From Calditrichia bacterium (GTDB taxonomy: Bacteria > Calditrichota > Calditrichia > RBG-13-44-9), in contig JARRQT010000026.1 of assembly GCA_037381445.1 (NCBI GenBank), positions 1 to 18,691 on the forward strand: a stretch of 18,691 nt of DNA. Reading direction: 5' to 3'. Positions 1 to 6,605 of the stretch are shown here, one piece after another (position 1 is the first letter of the stretch; the number at the start of each line of letters is the position of its first letter). Both the position numbers and the translations under genes were made by a program. Below the pieces are notes generated by a model. It was not told where the DNA came from. It saw only the letters and a list, made by a program, of their open reading frames with translations, and ran no database searches.

Positions 1-2
1 GA

Positions 3-104
3 CGGGTCCAGGCAAAACAAAATTTTGAATATATACATCTTCCGGTCAGATTTTCGTTATTTGATGAAGCAAACGAACAATTGATTCCATTTCTTTTACC
101 ATAA
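3..104 (+). CDS. Possible 3' end of a CDS entering from the left edge (RVQAKQNFEYIHLPVRFSLFDEANEQLIPFLLP*)
   Basis: Frame 3 is open from the window edge to TAA at 102-104 and reads as protein-like. A terminator-like hairpin follows at 223-254. No family recognised, and frame 1 is also open to 84. Confidence 0.35.
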   Translation, partial: RVQAKQNFEYIHLPVRFSLFDEANEQLIPFLLP

Positions 105-222
105 TGTATTCACTATTGGAGTGAGGATTTTTAGCCCCGATATCCAGATCACACTAGTCGGTTAAAATGATCGTATCCGAACTATGAAGATTTATACTAA
201 AATTTTCATATTCCGGATTTAT

Positions 223-254
223 GAGCGGGACAACATGATTGCCCCGCTTTTTTA
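223..254 (+). terminator. Intrinsic terminator-like hairpin upstream of uppP
   Basis: GAGCGGGACAA-CATGA-TTGCCCCGCTT stem with one mismatch, followed by a T-run (TTTTTT ATT). Confidence 0.7.
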
Positions 255-371
255 TTATGTTGTCTCCCTTAAAATAAGAATTCCTTATATTCATTTGCTT
301 TGTTGGAATGAAGAATGAATTCAAAAAGTAATCAGGTTCATAGATTCAATATATGGTGACAAGGAGGCGCA

Positions 372-1184
372 GTGGATTTATTAAAGGCTATTATTCTGGG
401 AATTGTGCAGGGATTATCCGAATTTTTGCCCATCAGCAGTTCCGGGCATCTGGTTCTGGCTGAGGAAATTTTGAAGTTCAAAGAAGGCGGCCTGGCGTTC
501 GAGGTATTCGTCCATTTTGGAACACTGCTGGCGGTGGTGTGGGCATTTCGGAGGGATATCGCCAAAATGTTTGTTGCCATACCGGATATGTTCCGCCTGC
601 CGGGAGGCAAAATAAAAGGTGAAAGGCGTGAATATGCGTTGTTTGATATATACATCATTCTGGGTTCGATTCCGGCGGCGGTCATCGGACTCCTGTTCGA
701 GAATGATATCGAAAAGCTTTTTGAAAGTCACACACTGGTGCTTTTCATGCTGTTTGTCACGGGACTTATTTTATGGAGCTCCCGTTACACGTCACAAAAA
801 CGGGATGATATGAATGGATCTCATTCCTTTCTTATCGGGATTGCGCAGGCCTTTGCCATCATTCCGGGTATCTCCCGTTCCGGTTCAACAATCGTAACCG
901 GCTTATGGTTGGGCATTCGCCGGGATCTGGCGGCTAAATTTTCATTCATATTATCAACCCCGGTGATTTTCGGGGCAACCCTGCTCAAATTCAAGGATTT
1001 GCTGGAGGTGCCGCAAACCAGCTCGCATCTGCATGATCTGATATTCGCAACGCTTGCAGCCGCAATCTCGGGATATTTTGCTATTATCTGGCTGCTTAAT
1101 GTGATTCGCAAACAAAAATTGGAATGGTTTGGCGTATACTGTATCGCTGTGAGCATTATTGGGTTTCTCATCGTATTCCTGTAA
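372..1184 (+). CDS. uppP: Undecaprenyl-diphosphate phosphatase (BacA/UppP)
   Basis: Signature motifs QGLSEFLPISSSGHL and PGISRSGSTI; polytopic hydrophobic 270-aa protein; GTG start with AGGAGG at 362-367. Confidence 0.97.
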   Translation: MDLLKAIILGIVQGLSEFLPISSSGHLVLAEEILKFKEGGLAFEVFVHFGTLLAVVWAFRRDIAKMFVAIPDMFRLPGGKIKGERREYALFDIYIILGSIPAAVIGLLFENDIEKLFESHTLVLFMLFVTGLILWSSRYTSQKRDDMNGSHSFLIGIAQAFAIIPGISRSGSTIVTGLWLGIRRDLAAKFSFILSTPVIFGATLLKFKDLLEVPQTSSHLHDLIFATLAAAISGYFAIIWLLNVIRKQKLEWFGVYCIAVSIIGFLIVFL

Positions 1185-1211
1185 ATAAATCAAAATATTT
1201 CTATTCGCCAT

Positions 1212-1249
1212 CGGCCCCGGATTTTTAGCAATTCGGGGCTGTTTTGTTT
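1212..1249 (+). terminator. Intrinsic terminator after uppP
   Basis: CGGCCCCGGAT-(8-nt loop)-ATTCGGGGCTG stem followed by TTTTGTTT. Confidence 0.8.
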
Positions 1250-1440
1250 ATGACTCGTCATCAGGTTATTGCGAAAATTGCGGCACATTTTAGCTTTTCT
1301 GCAGCCGGATTCACAGGTATCTCCCTCCGATATTATCAATCCTGTAACTCATCAACTGTCCAACTTTTCGTTAAAATGATGAAAAATGAGTCAACAATAT
1401 GGAGTTCCGGCGATCCACCAAAATTTGCTAATTATATATA

Positions 1441-1453
1441 ATTTATTAAGTTA
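1441..1453 (+). promoter_or_regulatory. IHF-like site directly upstream of the sigma54-like promoter
   Basis: ATTTATTAAGTTA matches 10 of 13 positions of the IHF-type sequence AATCAATAAGTTA, inside an AT-rich tract, at a position typical for sigma54 promoters. Confidence 0.35.
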
Positions 1454-1458
1454 CGTGT

Positions 1459-1476
1459 TTTGGCATCAAAGTTGAA
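1459..1476 (+). promoter_or_regulatory. Putative sigma54 (RpoN) -24/-12 promoter of the pilin operon
   Basis: TTTGGCAT-CAAAG-TTGAA against consensus TGGCAC-N5-TTGC: exact spacing, with GA in place of GC at -12. It lies about 140 nt upstream of the pilin start, and pilA genes are often sigma54-driven. Confidence 0.6.
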
Positions 1477-1616
1477 GATTTTTGAACAGTAAATGGGGTA
1501 TGAATAATACAATTTGAACAAGGAGGTATCAAATGAAATGTCCCCTGTTATAGAATAGCCATCATTAACATTCATAACCAAATCAAACTAATTTATTAAT
1601 TTAAGGAGGATTTATT

Positions 1617-2066
1617 ATGGGTCAGCAGCAATTATTGCTCATCGTTTTAGGTATCATCATCGTTGGTATCGCCATTGCGGTTGGAGTCAACATGTTCCAG
1701 AGCAGTGCCGTGGATACCAACCGGCAGGCCATGATCGGCGATCTGGCGAACCTGGCAGCCAAAGCGCAGCGCTACTATCGTACGCCGACTGAACTGGGCG
1801 GCGGTGCACAGACTTTCAACGGTTTTGCACTTGGCCGGTTGGATACCGCCAACGGTAACGGAAGTTTCCGCCTTTTTACGGCAGAGCAGACAACTCCCGA
1901 TGGTATTCCGGCACCTGTAACAGGCAATACAAGACTTTCAAGTGTAACCTCAGATTCAATCTATATTGTTGCCTGGGGTAAGGAAATTGGTGATGATGGC
2001 ACCAATCCTGTCAAGGCTTGCTGTGGTGTTTCAGCGACAGGAATTGCCACACAAATTGTAAACTAA
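1617..2066 (+). CDS. Major pilin-like subunit with a non-canonical N-terminus (MGQQQLLLIVLGIIIVGIAIAVG)
   Basis: 149 aa with an N-terminal hydrophobic helix, an amphipathic continuation and a small globular domain. First gene of a pil cluster, strong SD (AAGGAGGA), followed by a hairpin. Confidence 0.8.
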   Translation: MGQQQLLLIVLGIIIVGIAIAVGVNMFQSSAVDTNRQAMIGDLANLAAKAQRYYRTPTELGGGAQTFNGFALGRLDTANGNGSFRLFTAEQTTPDGIPAPVTGNTRLSSVTSDSIYIVAWGKEIGDDGTNPVKACCGVSATGIATQIVN

Positions 2067-2080
2067 ATCTTAAAACAGTT

Positions 2081-2115
2081 GGGCGGAGTATGAGCTGAAC
2101 TGCTCCGCCCTTTAT
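2081..2115 (+). terminator. Intra-operon hairpin (partial terminator or mRNA stabiliser) between pilin and pilC
   Basis: GGGCGGAGTA-(10 nt)-TGCTCCGCCC 10-bp stem followed only by TTTAT. Confidence 0.75.
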
Positions 2116-2137
2116 ATCCAAAAGAGATCAGTTTGCC

Positions 2138-3478
2138 ATGCCGGATTACAGATTTGAAGGATCAACAGTTAACGGCCGTTCGGTGCAGGGAATTATCACG
2201 GCCGACAATATGGCGGATGCCAAGAAAAAAATCCGCAAGCTGTCCGATCAGCACAGTGTGAAAATCAATCGCATTCAGAAGCGAAAGATCTTCATGTATA
2301 AGGTTCAGAAGAACGACGAAAAGCCGACCTCAGGCGAGCAGAAGGCTTTTAATAAAGCGGAGGTCAGACAGGCCCTGGAAAAGCTGGGGTATAAAGTTAT
2401 CAGCGTCCAGCCAAAGCTTTTGAGCCTGAATCTCAAACCGCCAACAACAGAGGTAGTGACATTTGTCCGTTTGAGCGCAGATTTGCTTCGCGAAAAATTG
2501 CCGTTTAATGAAGTTCTTCAATTACTGGGGAATGATATTCCTAATCCCGCCTTAAAAGAAGCCATAAAGGAGATCAATAATGACCTTCGCCAGGGAAAGG
2601 ACAGCGAGGAGGCCTTCATTAAGCAGGAAAGAGCATTGGGCAAGTTTACAGCGCGAATGCTGGGATTAGCTTCAAAAAGCGGCAACATGACAGATGTGTA
2701 CGAAAGCACCGCAAAGTTCCTGGAACGGAATGCGGAATTCAAGAAAAATCTGCGAAGCGCGCTGATTATGCCGATGTTTACTCTGCTGGTATTATTCGGA
2801 GCGGTTGTGTTTTATGTGGCCTATATCTTTCCGGAAACGGCAAAATTGTTCCTGAAACTGGGCAGTGAGTTGCCTCCCATGACAACAGCGACGCTTCAGT
2901 TCAGCGACTTTTTACTTAATAATATGGTATTCATGACCGTAGGATTTGTGGGCATTTTTGGCGGCATCGCTTATTATATCAGGACCCCTAAAGGCAAATT
3001 TATGAAGGATAAATACATATTTAAGGTGCCCATGATCGGATCGCTGGTCCATAAGACGGTGATTGAAATATTCTGCCGTGTATTTTATTCCCTTTACAGC
3101 GGCTCGGGAGAAAATGTGGATGCCATAAAGCTGGCAGCCGAAGCCACCGGTAACAAATACTTTGAAGATCAGATCAAGACAATCGCGATCCCCATGATGC
3201 TGAGTAAGGGGAAAGGATTAGTAGAATCTTTTGAAGCGACGGGCATTTTCACAAAAACAGCATTATCGCGGTTTCACTCCGGTGCCGAAACCGGGACGGT
3301 GAAAACGACCGCTATGCAAATCGCCAATTACTATGAAAAAGAAACCGTATACAAGTTAAAGAACGCCGTGGATTTTGTGCAGTTGGGCATCGCGATGATC
3401 ATCATGATCGTGATGACTGCTCTGACGCTGGTATCTTCGGAAACAGCCATGGTGAGCCCCAAATCACCGATTGGGTAA
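2138..3478 (+). CDS. pilC: Type IV pilus / T2SS F-family inner-membrane platform protein
   Basis: N-terminal YxFEG...G.I.A motif, two cytoplasmic T2SSF-like domains (SKSGNM, GAETGTV), three TM segments, the ELPPMT loop and KVPMIGSL; adjacent to pilB. Confidence 0.92.
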   Translation: MPDYRFEGSTVNGRSVQGIITADNMADAKKKIRKLSDQHSVKINRIQKRKIFMYKVQKNDEKPTSGEQKAFNKAEVRQALEKLGYKVISVQPKLLSLNLKPPTTEVVTFVRLSADLLREKLPFNEVLQLLGNDIPNPALKEAIKEINNDLRQGKDSEEAFIKQERALGKFTARMLGLASKSGNMTDVYESTAKFLERNAEFKKNLRSALIMPMFTLLVLFGAVVFYVAYIFPETAKLFLKLGSELPPMTTATLQFSDFLLNNMVFMTVGFVGIFGGIAYYIRTPKGKFMKDKYIFKVPMIGSLVHKTVIEIFCRVFYSLYSGSGENVDAIKLAAEATGNKYFEDQIKTIAIPMMLSKGKGLVESFEATGIFTKTALSRFHSGAETGTVKTTAMQIANYYEKETVYKLKNAVDFVQLGIAMIIMIVMTALTLVSSETAMVSPKSPIG

Positions 3479-3515
3479 ATCGTTCTATGGAAGCCAGGAA
3501 TTAAAGGACTCATGG

Positions 3516-5333
3516 ATGAATGAAAACGTGACTTCACGAAAGAAAACTTCGCTTTCCCTGGATGTCAATGATCGCCTGGGAATTACCCTTTACAAGAAGG
3601 GGATTGTGGATTTCCAGATACTTGAGAAGGCACTCAAGGTCAAGGAACAGGATGAGTCCAGCAAAAGGCGGAGTCTGGCGCAGATTCTGGTCAATGACTT
3701 CAATATTGACCATGATACTGTTTTTGGCGAAGTTACCGAGTTGTATGGTTTCCGGGAAGTATTTATCCGAAATGAAAAGATTTCCCAAAACCGGATTGAT
3801 TTTATTCGCAAAATGATGGAACCTCTTCCTGAATCATTACGAGAAGTAATGAGGAAAGAGAAAATCATCGTCTACAAATATGATGAATACCGCCCCTACA
3901 AAGTCATCTTCCTTGCAGGCGATCCCACCAGCACCAGTATACCGGTGATTGCCCGGGCAATCGGCGCGAAGCGCTATGAGGTCTGTTACGTAAAGATTAA
4001 AGATTTGCAATGGCTGCTGGATACAATCGCTCCCGAAGAAAATGAGTATCTGAAGGTTCTGGAAGACATGTCCCTGGAAATTGACGGCGCAGAGAGCGAA
4101 GAGGCTTCACTGGATGAAGCCGCCATTGATGCGGAAATCAATAAGAGCCTGCTGGTGAATCTGGTGGAAGGAATGCTCATTGAAGCCGTGCGGAGAAGCG
4201 CCAGTGATATTCACGTCATACCCCGAAACCTGAAAACCTCGGACATTCATTTCAGAATTGACGGTAAACTTCAGCTGTGGCACACCCAGGATGGGGTAAG
4301 ACCCGAAGCGTTGGCGGCGGTAGTGAAAGACCGGTCCAAAAATATAGACCGTTTCGAGCGGGAAATGTCCCAGGATGGATTTATTCAGCGCAAAATTGAC
4401 GGACACATGATCCGCTATCGCGTATCGGTCATCCCTATTGTGGGCCGTGAATTCGAATTCAAGCTGGAGAGTATCGTTATCCGGATTCTGGATGACCGGA
4501 AGGTTATCACGGATCTGGACAAATTAGGATTGCAGGGGAAATCCAAGGAATTTTTCATAAAAGCGATATCCAAGCCCCAGGGAATGGTCATCGTGACAGG
4601 GCCAACTGGAAGCGGTAAATCGACCTCTCTGATAGCGGCACTGAGTTATATCATAAATCCCGAAATCAATGTACTGACTGTTGAAGACCCGGTGGAATAT
4701 ATCATTCCCGGTGCCCGCCAGTTGAAGATCGGCATAAAAAATGACTTTGAGCGGGCTTTGCGGGCCATCCTGCGACACGATCCCGATGTGGTGATGGTGG
4801 GTGAAATTCGTGATAAGGAAACGGCGGAAACAGCCATCAAACTGGCCAATACGGGTCACTTGACTTTTTCCACCCTTCATACCAACGACGCGCCAAGTGC
4901 CGTATCGCGGCTCTATAAAATGGGAATTGAGACATTCCTGATTGCCTACGCTATCAATATCATCATCGCCCAGCGGCTAATCCGGAAGCTTTGTGACAAG
5001 TGCAAACGGCCCATCAAGGACCTGAACCCACAAGTCCCTCTGAACCTTGGATTTACTCCTGAGGAAATCAAAAGCACAGTGTTTTACGAAGCGGTTGGTT
5101 GCAGCAGATGCCACGGCGGCTATAAGGGACGGGTGGCGATTCACGAGGCATTATATTTCAGCAAGGAGATCCGGAACCTGATTTTCAAAACCGGCAAGGA
5201 AATCGATGAAGAATCCATACGGAACCAGGCAATACAACAGGGAATGCTGACCCTGCGCGCAGCCGGCCGGGAAAGAATTAAGCAGGGACTTTCCACATTA
5301 GAGGAAGTGGCCTTTGCCACAACAGATGATTAA
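3516..5333 (+). CDS. pilB: PilB/GspE-family assembly ATPase with N-terminal MshEN-like motif
   Basis: ASDIH, Walker A GPTGSGKST, Asp box TVEDPVE, Walker B DPDVVMVGEIRD, His box TLHTND and a tetracysteine zinc motif (CDKC...CSRC). ATG 3516 with SD AAGGA at 3504-3508 is preferred over TTG 3471. Confidence 0.95.
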   Translation: MNENVTSRKKTSLSLDVNDRLGITLYKKGIVDFQILEKALKVKEQDESSKRRSLAQILVNDFNIDHDTVFGEVTELYGFREVFIRNEKISQNRIDFIRKMMEPLPESLREVMRKEKIIVYKYDEYRPYKVIFLAGDPTSTSIPVIARAIGAKRYEVCYVKIKDLQWLLDTIAPEENEYLKVLEDMSLEIDGAESEEASLDEAAIDAEINKSLLVNLVEGMLIEAVRRSASDIHVIPRNLKTSDIHFRIDGKLQLWHTQDGVRPEALAAVVKDRSKNIDRFEREMSQDGFIQRKIDGHMIRYRVSVIPIVGREFEFKLESIVIRILDDRKVITDLDKLGLQGKSKEFFIKAISKPQGMVIVTGPTGSGKSTSLIAALSYIINPEINVLTVEDPVEYIIPGARQLKIGIKNDFERALRAILRHDPDVVMVGEIRDKETAETAIKLANTGHLTFSTLHTNDAPSAVSRLYKMGIETFLIAYAINIIIAQRLIRKLCDKCKRPIKDLNPQVPLNLGFTPEEIKSTVFYEAVGCSRCHGGYKGRVAIHEALYFSKEIRNLIFKTGKEIDEESIRNQAIQQGMLTLRAAGRERIKQGLSTLEEVAFATTDD

Positions 5334-5351
5334 ACGTGTATCGGGGAAAAT

Positions 5352-5888
5352 ATGAATTCGGGGCAAACAATCATAACATTCGGTTCGCTAATTTTGCTCT
5401 CGGTTGCCATATTGAATTTAAACAAATTTATCGGAGAGAGTGATATCACCCTTGCACAGAGCCGCTACCGGCTGGAAGCGCTCTCAATTTTGACATCCCG
5501 CATCGAGCTGGCATCCCAATATTTTTTTGATGAGGCCTCTACTGATACCACAAGTGAAAAAAATCTGAGTGATTTTGTAAATCCTTCTCACCTGGGCTTT
5601 GATTCGAATGATGACGGATATGTCGACGATTTTGATGATTTCGATGGGATTACCGAACCGGACACAGGGAGAAGCGGCGTCATCTACAATGTTACTTATA
5701 ACATAGACTATGTGAAACTGGTGGGTGATAAATTTGTAGCATCCTCTCAGCGCGAATATCACAAGCGGATGACCATCTCCATTACCGACGGCTACACCGA
5801 TCCGCTTCTATATCGTTTTGCAAACGGGGAGAAAATACGCGATACCCTGCGGGTGAGTTTTGTTCACAGTTATTGGTTCTATAATTAA
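5352..5888 (+). CDS. Minor pilin-like protein (PilV/MshD-like)
   Basis: MNSG|QTIITFGSLILLSVAILNL N-terminal hydrophobic helix, FFDE motif and acidic DDFDDFDG motif reminiscent of MshD-type minor pilins; operon context. Confidence 0.6.
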   Translation: MNSGQTIITFGSLILLSVAILNLNKFIGESDITLAQSRYRLEALSILTSRIELASQYFFDEASTDTTSEKNLSDFVNPSHLGFDSNDDGYVDDFDDFDGITEPDTGRSGVIYNVTYNIDYVKLVGDKFVASSQREYHKRMTISITDGYTDPLLYRFANGEKIRDTLRVSFVHSYWFYN

Positions 5889-5903
5889 TTCGGGGAATTT
5901 TAA

Positions 5904-6590
5904 ATGTCTGTCATACTTGATATTATCACCGCCATGTTCATCGGGGGATTTCTGCTGATCATGTCGTTTACCGCTTCAGACAATGGCACGCAGGCATTCC
6001 TGAATTACAACGCGGATGCAATCACCCAGATGAACCTCACCAATGTTTCAAATACGATGCAATATGACCTGCGAAAAATGGGATTTGAGGTTCCGGAAGC
6101 TCTGCAGGGCAACATCGTGCAAATTGCGCAACCGAACCATTTCAAGTTCCTTGCTCATCTCAACAAAAATGCCCAGTGCAATCTATCGGTTTCCGGATTT
6201 TCCGACAATATTGCGGATACCATTGACTATTCAATTACTCCATTTGAAACCATTAATTTTACAGATACTTCGGTCACCATTTACGATATTCGGCGTACCA
6301 TAAAAATAGTGAATGAAAGTCCGCGTAGCTTGATTATCGGCAAGATCGGGAATCAGGATGTATTCAGGTATCTGGACCAGATTGGTGATCCGGTGCCAAT
6401 CAAGCAAGCCACCAAAATGGTGGAAGTGACACTGACGGCCTTTGATCCGCGAATTGTCCTGAGCCCTGAGATGTTTTCCGGGGGCACGTCTGCGGATGAA
6501 GTCGAATATCGAAAGCAGGAATTGCGACGGCTTCTGCGTGCTTCCTACTGGCGCCAGACAAGATTAGTTTCAAGAAACTTAAAACGATAA
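5904..6590 (+). CDS. Minor pilin-like protein (PilW/GspJ-like)
   Basis: N-terminal hydrophobic helix MSVILDIITAMFIGGFLLIM; the DLRKMGF motif resembles the PilW-type 'DLRxAG'; middle position in the minor-pilin trio. Confidence 0.65.
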   Translation: MSVILDIITAMFIGGFLLIMSFTASDNGTQAFLNYNADAITQMNLTNVSNTMQYDLRKMGFEVPEALQGNIVQIAQPNHFKFLAHLNKNAQCNLSVSGFSDNIADTIDYSITPFETINFTDTSVTIYDIRRTIKIVNESPRSLIIGKIGNQDVFRYLDQIGDPVPIKQATKMVEVTLTAFDPRIVLSPEMFSGGTSADEVEYRKQELRRLLRASYWRQTRLVSRNLKR

Positions 6591-6605
6591 CGAGAGGGTA
6601 ATTTT

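Noticed and set aside
1244..1441. 65-aa ORF in the uppP-pilin intergenic region
   Set aside because: It starts within the terminator tail, has no SD or recognisable motif, and overlaps the likely regulatory region.
1477..1616. c-di-GMP riboswitch in the pilin leader
   Set aside because: Looked for because pilus operons often carry one, but neither class I nor class II consensus elements are visible; the leader is AT-rich and weakly structured.
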